From: Ramazzottius varieornatus
Lineage: Eukaryota > Animalia > Tardigrada
Reading direction: 5' to 3'
Length of the DNA: 64,000 nt
NCBI GenBank assembly: GCA_001949185.1
Contig: BDGG01000015.1
Span: 1,121,036-1,185,035, forward strand
The notes beneath the pieces were generated by a model, which was given only the letters and a program-made list of their open reading frames with translations, searched no databases and was not told where the DNA came from. Below are positions 14,901 through 27,786 of this stretch, in pieces. Every line of letters starts with the position of its first letter. Positions within the stretch are counted from its first letter, which is position 1. Both the position numbers and the translations under genes were made by a program.

Positions 14901-17900
14901 CAAACTTTGAATGCATTGTCCCAAGTTTGAACATTACGCAACTTGCTGCCAATAGTCACACCACAAGCATCAATACATTATTTGCCTGGTGATGCGTAAC
15001 TGTTTCTACAATATAAGTTAAGGTACTATTCAGGAGATGAGGTATGATTACCTTCAACTTCCATGCCCATCAGTGTGGAGGTGGGCGAACCCACGTTGAT
15101 GGTTAAATCCCCCAAGGAGAGAAATCTCTTTTCCGTCGGCTTGAGGCTGAGTTGCAGTGCGTGGCGAAGAGCATGCTGGCTCGTTCCAGCGAAGAGTGTT
15201 AGGGAAGTGCGGACATCAAGGGGCGTCACTTGACCATCGGTCTGGATAGCCACATCGACTCCGTACTTTCGAGTGGTGTAGTCGGCCGGAGTGTACTTGG
15301 TCAAGACTGCCAGGGCGTTGAGGCCGTTGGATCCAAGGGGGATCAGCCCGACGAGGCTGCTCCACTGCTCACCGCCCTTTACCCAGTTACCCTTGACGGT
15401 CCAGTCCAAGGCAGTGACTTTGTTGGCTTCCAGTCGACCAGTCTGACCAGCCATCTGGTACTGACTGTCGATCATCAGCGCCGGCCAGCGCAACGAGTGA
15501 GAGGATGTCAGGTAGGGCTGGTCGTCGCGTAGAACATCCATCGTCACGCTACCATCATTCGCACCACCTACCCAACCACACTTTTAGGTCATTTCAAACA
15601 CATCGGGACAAAAGAGTAACAAAGAGGACAACTGACAACAGTGTTGATCTTTTTCAGAAGACCGGTACTCGACTCGTTCAGGAAATTATCTTGTTGAAGC
15701 GTATTAAAGCCAAGAGAAAATTTGCCATTTTTCTACGTGCGGTTCGTGCCAGAAAGGTGCACACTTGCTTCCAAGTTCTGAAAAAATATTTCCTTCAAAC
15801 CTGTGAATTCGCCGGCAACTTTGATAGGTTTCTCATGGGCCATGTTGACTTTGACTTCGAAGGGGTAGGAGCGTTGCCTATCGATGCTGGCAGCCTTGAC
15901 GGTGGCTTCCAGGCTAGCGGTTGTGGGCAAACCGACAACGTCAGCTTTGACCGTCAGGCTCTTCTTGGTGCTCCACTGATTCTCCCAGGCCAGACGAGCG
16001 CTCTTTTCACCCAACATGCTCTTGGTCTCCAGGCGGCCATCGAAGAACTTGTAGGCCTTGTCCCATTCTTGTGTGTAACCAATCTCGGCTTCCATCGGTG
16101 TGACCTCAGCGGAGCGCGGCATGCGCAACTGCATGGCTGTCGTAAGGTTGTACCTCCAACAGATAAACATTAAACAACGATCCAATAGAAAAATCCAAAA
16201 ACTTTTTTTTAACTATTTAGTTTGACTAGTATTTTAACTTATTCTCGACTTACTTGTCATCAATCTGTTTGGTGGAGAAGAAAGTGTGGAGGAAAATCTT
16301 TTGGTCTTCATTACGGAAGTCGGGTCCGTAGATGCTCCATGTGGTCTCCAGGTGCTTCTTGAAGGATTGTGGTGATCGAAGGACTTCCATCTGAATTAGC
16401 TTGTTCATTTGTGGGTATTCGCTGAACTCGAGGCTGATGGTACTGAGGCGCTTCAGTAGGTTGGTGACGGTTGTGAAGTGACGCGTAGAGTGGCCAAGGA
16501 GGACTTGCTGGTTGCCACCGTTGCGCAAGCTGCGATACTCCAACTGCACACGGAAGTTCTGTTCTTGGCCGCTGCTGGGGACTCTATTGATGAGCAAACG
16601 GTAGGGACGAGTTTTGTCTTCCAACACTTCCAGCCGAAGTTCATCGGAAGACATTTGGAAGAGACCAGTCAGGTCGAATTGCTTCCAGGGTGTGGCCAGA
16701 GCACCCTTAATCTTCCCTTCGTCGTCGAACTTGTACATGGCCTAAAGACGAAGATGCCAGTAGAAACCAAATGTAGCAAAACGACAGTTTATCAGTCGTG
16801 ATATCAGTTTACGAACGACGATAGTCGAAATGTCGCCACACCTAACTTACAACAGTTCTCAACTCCTAATGCTTCCAGCTTTTTCCAGACTTCGTTGTTG
16901 TTACTTTTTAAGACTTAGCTATCACTTTGAAGTGCTGATGACGTACAGTGTAGGCAAATAAGGTACACTAAGAGGGGGCAAGGCCAAAATCGACGTGACG
17001 TAGAAAGCAAACAGCTGATCAAGCTGCAATGCAGAGACGTGAACTGCCGCTTGATCTGCTGATTACTTCGAGCCGGAGTTTCTACGTCACTTGTCGAAAT
17101 CTCGATTTTGGCCCTCCCCCTTTTAGAGTACCTTATTTGCCTACACTGTACCTGAAACCTGCGGTTGATGGTACTGCCTGGTGTGTCAATCAGCGCGTTG
17201 AACTCCCACTTGTCAGAGTGGGGGAAGCCCAGCTCGAAGTTGTAGGACGTCAGCGTGGCGTCAGTCTTGTCGATCCACACTTGGAAGTGCGCTGGCAAAA
17301 GACCATCACGAAGTCCACCATTGGCTGGATCTTCCGAGGCAATCAAGCTACACAGCGTCACACCAAAGATCCTCTTGGTCAACTTGTCACTGCAGGCATG
17401 TTGAACTACCCGCTTGGACGTGGCCGGGTTACCCAAGATGACACTGCGTTGGTCATTGCGAATTGCGTAGGACTTGGTGTCGAAGGTCAGCAGGTTCTGT
17501 CGCTGCTGAGGGTTGGTCAGGCTGCTACGGATGTACTGGCCGTTCTGGTACTCGATGGAGCCTCCGAAAGAGGTGGAGGAGTGGATGGTGGTGACGGTGC
17601 GCAAACCCGTCGACATGGTGTCGACCTTGAGGAGGAAGGTGGCTTCTATCTCCAGGGCCAAGCTGGGCGCAATGGTGCCTTCCAGGGAGAGGGGAGACTG
17701 GGCCTTGAAGAAGCCACCAATGTTGAGACGCGTTTGACCGCTGACTTTACCGCTGGCGGTAGCAGTTAGCTGGAGAGAGATGGGCAGACCGGACGTGGTG
17801 GGAATCTGATAGGTACTGTCGACCAGCATGATGTTGCGGGAAAGCTCGAAGGGCGTCATCTTTTGACGGCCGAAGAAATAGTCCAGAGCGCCCATCTGCT

Positions 17901-20900
17901 GGGAAATGTAGTCGGCTGCGGCCTTACGGAGGTCGCCGTAGGTCAAGAAGGCCACGTCACCGCCGAAGATGCGCAGGTACGTTGACAAGTCAGGATCGGC
18001 GTACACTCCCTACGACATACAAATACGTAGAAGATTGCTCTCAATCAAGAAGCCAATCATACTACTGTATAAGATCTCCATGGGAAAAAGAACAGCCGTG
18101 GTATGAAAATTGTGGAAGTAAGAGCCGACATGAAGTTTGTAAAACCGGCAAAGAACGAGTGAAACACCCATTCACTATTTATATCTCCCCGTTAGTTTCG
18201 GGTTCTTAGTAGGCAGACTCGAGTTTCTCAGTCTCCTTCTCTTTTTTAATATCATTTTTGCTTGTGTATCTTTCTTTGAGACGAGTTTTGTTCGTTTGCA
18301 ATGACGAAGGGGAAGGACGGCTTTGCTATAGGAAACTTTACCTTTCCACTGGGGATGGAATCTTCCGCGATCTTGGTCCGGTCTTTGGAGGACTTCTTGT
18401 ACAGGGAGGTCATAAGTCGCTCGATGACTTGCTCAAAGTTCTCCAGTCGAGCACCAGCCTATGGATCGTCGAAAAGACGTTACATGTCAGCTTGATCAAT
18501 ATCGTATAGCGGGTCACAGTCCCGCAAAATGCGCAACAGCTACCTGAATCAGCTTGACTTGTTGTCCAAAGAGTTCCACAGCAAGACCCAGATCAGCCGA
18601 TCGCGGCAGATACGAATCGACAAACAGCAGGTTCCCATCCACAACTGCTGGAGCGTTGCCAGTTACATTTCCGAGCACATACTATCAAGAGCCAGATCGT
18701 TTACTCCACCGACGCAAAACCTTGGACAGACAATGTAATGTAATTCCTCTACCTTGAAGTTCTTCGAGGACCACAAGGATGTTTTCGGCAGCCCGATTTT
18801 GTAGGTAGACAACAAGGATTGTGCCATCTTCGCCGGCGTTGTGCTTGCGCTGGTCTTCTCCAGAGTTTGAATAAATGATCCCATGTAAGATTTTACTGTA
18901 ATCAGGACATATAGTCGAGTGCGCTACCATAAGAGATCACCTATGCTGAAAGAGCCCATAGGAAAGATTTTGCTAACTCACACTGCGTGTCTGTTCCCTG
19001 AGCGTTGACAGTCTGTACCGTTCGTTGAATGACTTCCTGATCGGGGCAACTCATCAGCGCCTGGAAGACAACTGTGCGCAGCTCGGTGTCTTCGCTGGCA
19101 TCGTCGAGAATGGTCAGGAAAGTGGACTGAAAGGACATGTTAGTTATCCCTCTTATGAAGCAAGAAACTGTAAGCCATACAGCTCAAAATGAAGAACTGC
19201 GGAATGAAAGAAATGCCGTGCATTACCTTGACCTGGGAGAATTGGCTGGCAGACGTTGAGCACTGGCGGAATCGTAGAGCGTCGATAGCGGCGATGCGGA
19301 TAGGCAAGGCCTTTGCTTTGCATTGAAGAAGGAGAAGCAGAACGTCTTCGATCTTCTGGCTGACTGGTCCAATGTTGCCGATGGCCTTCAGGTAAGTCAC
19401 CATCTACAAGGCAAGGCAATTTTCGCTGATAGAGCACGTCCGTAAGTCCAGCAATAACAGTCAGTACCATTTCATACCATGTCAACATCCTCGCTGGTGG
19501 TCTGACAATCGGGGTTCAGCTTGGCCAGAATGGTCATGGCTATACTGGAGACAAGTTGGCTATCAGACTTGGTGTCGTACTGGGCGTAGTTGCGAGCCAT
19601 GGTGGAGATGCCCAAGTATCCAGCTCGAGGCAGATCCCGACGAGGCAGAAGAGCCTGCGCAGGTCAAAGCAGTTTGTAAGATGTCGGAGGAGAATGCAAC
19701 GTCTAGCTAAGTGAAGGTAACCTTGAGAGACTGCAGCATTTCGGAGGTGACAGGCTGGACGAAGGCCAACGAGGAGAACCATAAGTTAGCCTCGGTCATG
19801 TCAACTTCGTCGGTAGAAATCAACTTGCTGACCAAATCGACGGAGCAGGCTGAGTTGACTGCCGTCATAGCCTCCAAGACGAAGCGGGTCTTTTTGTCGG
19901 TGGCCATGCTGGGGCAGGTGGTGGCAGCGACGAGCTGCCGGTAGACACCTTCCATAGTGGTGCAGTCTGTCACTGCTCGCAGCTTGCGGACCAATGACTT
20001 GAAGAGCATCGGTGTGTCAGACTTGACCTCCGTCTGGCTCGACCGGCAGAACCAGTTCAGCAGCTCGACGGAAGTCGTGCTGTCCTTGATGGTTTCGCTA
20101 ATAGGCTTCAGTTCGAACCGAAGGGTTCCGCTAGTTGGCTTTGCTATGGAAAGAACGTACAGTAGAAAGATTCAATATAGCATCATTATGTGTATCTCTC
20201 ATTGATGGTGTAAGCTTGCCCTGTTCTTTGACACCCATCATGGAATTACTTTGGTTGGCTCAATAACTTGTCAGGAGTAGTCACATGAATGTTTGCTTTT
20301 ACGTCCTCACTTACTCAAAGCTTTCTTGGGCATAGTGGTGGCAGTCACTTCCTTGAAGATGAGATGTTGGACAACGCGAACGACAATGGGAGCGGTTTTC
20401 TTGCTAAAGGACTTGAGGCTATGACGTTCGAGGCAGCTGGCGCTTTTGATGATACCATCGGTGATGAGGTGTTGGCAGCTGGGCTCCGAGTTCATGCGGA
20501 ACTGGAAGACTTGACCCAAACCGGCAGTTTGAGCGGGCAAAACCGGCCATACTTTGCTGCACTTGCTGGTCGACCAGGTTCGGTTCAAGTACAACAGGTT
20601 GTTTTCACCATTGTTGAGAGTGTAGATGGTCGGACATTCTCCGGCCAAATTCACCTACAAAAAAACCAAACTAAACTAAGGAATATGCTGAAGAAACTAT
20701 ACTGAATTACGCCAGGCGACTTACCTCAAGGAAGGTCCCTTTGGTGAAGCCGCTTGATGTGGTTGCGGCAACTTGGAAGGCGGACAAGATGCCCTTCTTG
20801 ACGTTGAGGACGGTGGCCGACTCGTCGCTTTCCCAGCAAACCTCGCCAATCTTTCCGTTGTAGAAAGCAAAGTTAACCATATTCTTCTCAAGACCGCTCT

Positions 20901-21689
20901 TTAGATCTTGGATGATACCGGTTGGCAGAACTTGTGATTCTTGAGAAACGTTGACCAGCGTTGTCTGGAGCTGAACGTTGCAGGCGCTCAAGAAGGTCAT
21001 CTGGGCCTCCATGTGCATGGTGAAGGCCTCCGCGGTTCCGCTTGCGCTTGCATCGCCGAACTTGGCCACGGTGGAATAGCTGTACTTGTAGGTCTTCCCA
21101 GGCACAAACCTAAAAGCACCTACAAAAAATACGAGAGGCTCAAATGTCGCTCAAAACAAAGTATTTCTCTTGATATTCGCACAAGTGTACGACAAAACTA
21201 ACCGTTAAAAATGGGCGTAACACTCCAGCTGGGCTTACTTACGACTCAGCCAATTGGATTTGCTGCATGCGCAAATTTCATTGGCTTTAACCATCTGGCT
21301 CCATTCACCCATTTTTAACGGTTTATTTTGTCGTACACTGTATTATAAGTATTTCACTTTGCCATAAAATCATCGGAATGCGAGCGAGATTCACTTCGCC
21401 GACTTTGCGATCAAGAAGAAAACAACGGATACCAGTTGCATTGTTACTTTTAAGTATCCGTCGTGTCCGCCGATCAAGTGACTTTCACGGTCACAAGCTC
21501 GACGGATCAACTCAGACAGAAAACGACTGCAAATATATCTTTGGAAATTTTGCATAACATGAGGAGTTCAATTCGGCTGTCGAGGAACGTACCTTCTATA
21601 CATGTTTTCTGGGCGCAGCTTTCTGAATATGCTAGACATACGGCAGAAAGTAGTAGTATCAAAGAGAGACAGTACCGCATTGTGGCCAT
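11937..21689 (-). CDS. Large lipid transfer protein (vitellogenin/apolipophorin/apoB-like), secreted, about 17 exons, atypical C-terminus
   Basis: Signal peptide MATMRYCLSLILLLSAVCLA (21689-); Vitellogenin_N start FVPGKTYKYSY; NLAGECPTIY; LKAIGNIG; IRIAAIDAL; EDTELR; DUF1943-like SYLPRS...ELFG, YLRIFGGDVAF, YQIPTTSGLPISL. The junctions checked in the 3' part are phase-compatible down to TAA at 11937-11939. Confidence 0.9.
21183..21340. mobile_element. MITE copy 2 (inverted relative to copy 1), in intron 1 of the lipid transfer protein gene
   Basis: AGTGTACGACAAAACTAACCGTTAAAAATGGG ... CCCATTTTTAACGGTTTATTTTGTCGTACACTG followed by TA; the internal sequence is the diverged reverse complement of 3272-3441; left terminus slightly degenerate. 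Confidence 0.88.
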
Positions 21690-23044
21690 TCTTGCAGAAG
21701 ATTCACCGGTAATCCAGCACCGGTGATAAAATAAGGGAATCTTACAACAAGTAAAGTACAAGTCAAGACCCAGAAGCAACCATCGAAGAACCAACTTGGG
21801 TTTTCCTAAATAGTCAAAGTCACCGGGAAGGACGGAAGCACGTTATAATGCCGTGTCGTTCATCAGACGGAAACTAAACTGACTGAGTGTGCCGGCTTTA
21901 TCTTATACGGAGTAAACGATGGGCTTTGTTGATAAAAAAACCGTCCGTCCGGAAACTACGCAAGACTGATTCCATCTTGCTAAATGATACAAAGTACAGC
22001 GACTTTCCCAATTTCATGTTAGCAAGCCTTGGTACACATCTTCCGCTAACTAAGCAACCTCATGAGGAAACCACCGGTAGCATTCGTGGCTTTAGTGCGT
22101 ACTTGTTTCGCTGGAGGACTCCAAAACGGTTTCTTCTTAACACTTTCAGCACGATCGTTTTCATGTTTGCAGAATACTACCGTCCTCTTGTGTATACAGG
22201 AATTTTATTGGCTGGTACCGTGTTGCAGAGGCTGGTCCAACCAATAGGCAATTTTCGAAATTTCAAAATTCGGATAATTGGCAGGCCATGAACGCCAAAT
22301 CTCAAAAGGGAGAGCTGGTTGTCTTGATTTTCTTCTGACCGCACTGATGACTACAAAATTGATCCCAGGCTCGGCTCGATAGATAAGATTGTCCCCAGTG
22401 CCCCAGCTGTTTTCTAAGCGAATACCGTGCACGTGCCTCGCGCGAAGAGAGGAAACACCAAATTTCACCAAAACCACCCGAAACCGTAGAAAAAATTTCC
22501 ACCGTGCTGGGGTTTTGCTGACCGCTGGTCATTAGTGTTGCTTTGCTGAGAAGACCGAGGTACATGCAAAAAAATGACCCAGACCCGAAAGACCAAAAGC
22601 TAAAACTGGGAGGTGAATAAAACTGAGTGATCGTATACACAAAGAGGACGGTCGTACGCAGAGTGTTAAGGGTGTGTGAGCCTACCGAAACAATCTTTAC
22701 ATCCTTTCGTTGTGGATAGACTGAAGTACTGAGTGGGGGTTTGTCAAACGTTAAAGAGTACTAACAAAAAAGGAAGTTCCTGAAAGCGAAGCTGAAGCGA
22801 GTATTCCGTGCACGAGTGCTGTGTGAGTACTGTATGGACTAGAGATCAAAAGCAAGGAAGATGTTGGAAAGGTTGAGATTAAAAAGACCTGCGCATTGTC
22901 AGCTGCAGTTGAACTGCCCATTACCATTGTTGGTCAAAAGACGGTGAAAACTAATTTACTACAGAACTTACTTCAAAAAGCACCTAACTGTAAACCGAAA
23001 GAATATACCGTAAATACTTTTGGTTGCGTTTTCTTCCCGTATGG

Positions 23045-26000
23045 CTAAGTCGACGGATTGGTCAGCAGTTCGCCCAGTTTGTCATCAGTCTTCTTCAGGT
23101 CGGCCACTTGGCGCGTCAGGTTGGACTTTAGCTGGCGCAGTTCGGCCTTTGTGTTCTCGTTGATGGCCACTTGGCGACTCAACTTCTCCTGCATGTCACT
23201 GATGGCAAGCTTCAACGCTCGGTTATCTGACTCGGTAGTCTATAAACCAAAACCCACAATTACTGAAAGCCCTGATAATCAAGTATCTGGGAGCTGGGCA
23301 AACAGATTCGACCAGATCTTTTTCCCCAGTAGCGCATGTTTACATTAACTCTGAATAATAGCATGCGCCACTCGAAAAGGATATGGTCAAATTTGTTTGC
23401 CGAGCTCATATTCATTAGATTTTCATACCTGTAACTTCTCCATAGTGGAATGATTCACACTGGACTCTTTGGTGCGCATCTCTTCGAGACGAGCCGTCAG
23501 GTTCTCCACTTCCTGTAACAGACAACTACCATGTAACCGCTGGTCACTGAAAAGAAGGTACAAGCGAACTTACAGATTCTTTTGCTCGGTTACGCTTCTC
23601 GAGGTTCTGGAGTAGAGTCTGAAGTCGTTCCATTTCCGAGTGAGGATCGGCGGCATGGTCGCCACTGCCATTTCTTTCATTATCCGAGATGATCTAGAGA
23701 GACAAGTTCGATATGATTTCGACTCCATGAAAGATCTCGCTTTGTGGTTGAGTAAGCCAGGCTGCAACTCACGCGATTGTTCTGGGCGTATTCAGCCTTC
23801 CATCGATCCAAATTTGAATGACTTTCCTCCAAGGCCCTCAGCAGCTTCTGCTTTTCTTCCTCCAGCATCTTGATCTGGTTTCTCCATTTGTCCGCATGTG
23901 CACAGCTCCGAGCCAAGGCCTCCCGTAACCGCCCATTCTCCACTTGTAACTGCGACTCTGACATCTGTGTCGTGTTGCCTAAAACGAAGCAAACTAACGC
24001 AAACTGATAACCCAAACGGAATTTCATGCGCTGCTTAAACAAGATCAAAAACAAAATAATAGAAAACATTTCATGTGGTAGGTATGAGTATGTTGTTTAG
24101 ACATGAAAGGGTACTTACCATGCAGAGCAATGACAGGAGTAACGGCTTGTGACTGTGAGGTGATCGACTGTGTTGGTCGAGGAGAGTTACTGGAAGAAAC
24201 GCTACTTTGGCCAGGTGAGACCGAACGCTGGCTGACCAAGTTGGGGTTGGGAGGAAGACCTGGCTCGTTGGAAGAGGTGCTGACCAGACCGGTCACCGAG
24301 GCGTTTAGCGAACGGTGCGACTGCTGGGATTCATGGCCCACTTCGCTGGAGGCATCGTCTTCTCGGTCAGAACTGGCTCCTTGACTGAGGGACTTGACAT
24401 GGGCAAACTTCTCCTGGAAGTCGTTAAGGTCGTCTTCGCGTGAGAAGCCCAGACCGTAGACCATGTTGACGCGCGAATCGCTCCACTGCAGGAACTTCTG
24501 CGAAGTCTTTGTCACCGTCATGTTGGGTGTCACAATCGAATTGATGACGGCCTGCAAAAAGACCATTCGTCTACCTTGTTGTCATAATAGTCTGCAGTTT
24601 AACCAGCAAAAAAGTCTTCTTTCAACAGATTATCGTCCAGCCGAACCCTAACCATTCGCCCAATCGGACCAACTCCCGCATCGTTCCGCCGACATTCCGC
24701 TTTATTATCATGAGCTAAAATTCCAGAACGAAAAGTATACTCCAGCGATTTTAAGCAGTAAGTCTGCGAACGTATGACGTTCCAGGCACCAGACATTCAG
24801 AAAAATTTCAGATTTTATCGGCTGGATTTCAACTTGTGTGGTAACCGAGCTTAGTGTCCTATGCGCGAGTTCGGCGGGGAAGTGAAACATGTGCCATCTA
24901 AACAGGGAAAATTATGCAGTTTGTTCTTGATTTATGTACCTTGGTACCCTCAACACTTATGACGCGATAGAGATGCCGCGGGGAATCGAAGAAGAAGGAG
25001 ACAGGAACCGCTTGGGTAGTGGCGGGAATCCAGCTCTTTTTCGACTTGGGATCGATATGGTAGACATGAGCCTGCAAGCACAAGCAGCAACTTGAGTCAC
25101 ATAAAGGCCAGCAAGTGAACAGAAACAGGAGTTGGCCAGTGCATTGCACACATTGAAATTAATATCCTTTTGTACATAGTGCTAGGGCTGTCCACCACTA
25201 GAACTTACTCCCAGTCCCCCATAATAACCACTATTTATTCTAGCATAACCATAGGGAAGTGCGTCTGTTGGGTGGCCAGCGGAAAATCGACCGGTCTAAC
25301 GCACTAACTGCTGCTCCGCCACTGACTTCAGTAAGCTCACTTCAATCACAATCTTCCGCTTTCTTGTAACTAGAAAAGAAAGGGGAGGACAGGCCGCAGC
25401 TGCAAAGCCAGTTGTCTCTCCCGTCAATCGCCGTGATGCAATGACGTCCTACAAGAACTTACTGGAGGAAGACTTCACTTCTTTTCCGGCCTCCACATGA
25501 CTAGCAGTTAATGGACCTTTAATGACAAACGATCTACGGCCTGATTCCTATTCATTATGCATCACTAAACTCTCCTGTCTCCCTAGCTTCCAGCTGTAAA
25601 ACTCCCACAACCACATTGTAAAATGCTACAAGAAAAAAATGGAATGCAGTTGAAACATACCTTGACGCTGAGAAGTGGCTGTTCCCTGCAAGAAGAAAAA
25701 CAGGCAAATAAAAGTAGGGTTTATGGTGATGACTGTAATTTATTAAGGGCTTTTCAGGCAGGATGAAGTTGAGCCAAACCCATTCCGCGGGACTTCCGTT
25801 TCCGAGCTGCAGCAATTGCGGCCACGCTGGATAAACGAAGCGCGCATTGATGACGCTTCCCTGCATTACAATACGGACCACTGTTTGTTAGCTTGACACA
25901 AGACAAACACAATATTTTTAGAGGAAGCAAAAAATCAATAGGTAGCTTGATGATGGAATACGAGACACGAAAAAGCCACTGAGATAATTGATTTTGGCGA

Positions 26001-26581
26001 CTTTGCGCTAAAACTTCCCGTGTCATCCTTGTGCCGCAGAGGTGATGATTTCAAATCACTCCTGTCTCAATCTGATTAGCCAATCTTGCTGGCCTTATCC
26101 TTCAAGAAACTGCCAGCAAAGATCCACAGGGAAATCACCTACGGCCAAGCATCAAAAGCAACCCTGAATTATGTATCAGGGAAGATCCTTACAAGGCTCA
26201 TGTATTTCTCTGCAGAATCAACAAGGAAGAAGCTTGAAAAATCATTCGCTCTTCTTCTAAAACTGCCTGACGGTTTTCTAAAGACAACGATAAGCAAGAA
26301 TTTTGTTCAATATTGTTCAAAGAAACGGTACGCTTGACCAAACAGTGCGACTTTACGGCTGGCACGACTTGACTTCCTCATAAATCTCGGAGACGGCAAC
26401 AGCCACGCAAGACGTCACAACATTCTCAGCTAATCTGTTCGATCATCGCATCAAAGCCGTAAACCTGTGACGTCACGATCATAATACCGTACGGTTGTTT
26501 TAACGATCGACCATCTTTGCGCTTCGGTTATCACAGAGGTGCGCAGGAAAATGCTGTTCAGAAAGCTTCTCCTTACCCCAT
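23045..26581 (-). CDS. HOMER: Homer scaffold protein (EVH1 + coiled coil)
   Basis: 5-nt first coding exon ATGGG (26581-26577), 25-nt exon (G)EQPLLSVK (25685-25661), then [16 protein letters not shown]...[46 protein letters not shown], coiled-coil exons ([19 protein letters not shown]), TAG at 23045-23047. Confidence 0.93.
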
Positions 26582-27786
26582 GTTGGTGTCAGAGCTCAAA
26601 GTCATCCTTCCAACATTCGGCTAGATCCAGAAACTCCGGTGGTTTCACCCCCGCTAGATGGTCGCTGGTCAAACGTCCTGCTTCTTCATCCGATCTCGAC
26701 CAGCGCCGATGAGCTACGTGCACTGCGAAAACAAGGCAATCTCACCGCACGCTCACGAAATTTAAATCGGAACCAGAAAGAAGAGTGATGCAGACGTTTT
26801 CTGACATCCAAAGATCCCAGAGTTTCTTCCTTGAAACGCAAATGAGAGGAATTTAAACGAAAACAAGCCTCTGAATCACACTTCACAAACAAGGCTGGCT
26901 GTGCGAGCAAGCCGACTAGGATCCGCTCCGCTTCAGCCTTCATCTGATGTGTGTCCGGTTCGCTCAGATGGACGTCCGCTCAGGCGCAAACAGATGGCTC
27001 ATCAGCATAACCCACGTGGCAGAGGGTGCTGTTATAGAAATGAAATAGGCACGTGATATGGCTGACATCGCATTGACCATGAAGAGAACGTTCAACGGTG
27101 CGGAGCGTTCCGTTCAATGAGTCATCAGCGGTACCGTTTTCCGCTATGACGTCTTGGTCTTGGACGGTGACCCATTTCCTTCATGCGGATTCTTTTGATG
27201 CGTTCCAAACTTCTGGGAAAGTGAATCTTTATTAGAGCTCATGCACAGTTCAGTGGTCCTTGGTCTTGCCTCATTTATCCGCATTCCACAATGGTCGTTT
27301 GATCTGACTTTGTTCTCAACATTTATGGATATCATCTGCTCGTATGAAAGCTGCGGTACGGAACGAGTGGACGCTATATCATAGTTGAATCTGTGAATCT
27401 CGGTAAGTGATGACTGCCCATTGTCCCTCTCCGATCGATGCTTACCGCAGGCATATTTATCTCCAGGATTTCAAGGTTACTCTCATTTTTCCAGCAGCTC
27501 TCTGTTTTACTAACCGGTAAGGAAGGCAGAGGAAGGCAGATCTTGGACAAAGAAGACGACCCATCTGGAATTCTGGTGGAATTCAGTGTTTGTACCCCGT
27601 TCAAGTCACGCACGTTACGTCATCGCTCCAGGGTCGAAGTAACCAATCAGTCGTAAAGTTGTGACTGTGACCGATGACGTATTGTGCGCGACTTTAGCGG
27701 GGGCAGCTGTGAAGTTTTATTTTGGTTTCTCAAATTAGCATCGGTTTTTGCAGAAAAAAAATTCGGCGCCGAACGGTTTTGTCGAC
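26582..27786. promoter_or_regulatory. Divergent (head-to-head) Homer/FOXO upstream region
   Basis: The two ATGs are 1.2 kb apart on opposite strands; CACGTG at 27013 and 27050, AACCAATCAG at 27641, TGACGT half-sites at about 27615-27622 and 27675. Function is inferred. Confidence 0.5.
27595..27702. repeat. Imperfect 31-bp inverted repeat with a ~46-nt spacer, just upstream of FOXO
   Basis: CCCCGTTCAAGTCACGCACGTTACGTCATCG (27595-27625) versus the reverse complement of 27672-27702, CCCCGCTAAAGTCGCGCACAATACGTCATCG (26/31 identical). Confidence 0.8.

Noticed and set aside
17029-17769. 246-aa plus-strand ORF and similar long antisense ORFs (14096-14650, 40207-40998, 41677-42351, 44891-45625)
   Set aside because: Antisense shadows of codon-biased exons of the lipid transfer protein and CHD7 genes.
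21800-22700. ORFs between the lipid transfer protein start and the Homer 3' end
   Set aside because: No homology or consistent exon chain; probably promoter and UTR.
24045-24117. Homer1a-like truncated isoform by read-through into the intron before the coiled coil
   Set aside because: Any retained intron gives such a stop; no intronic poly(A) signal seen; unsupported without transcripts.
25205-25222. Alternative Homer start ATGGGGGACTGGGA|GTAAG
   Set aside because: The donor phase is incompatible with the next exon.
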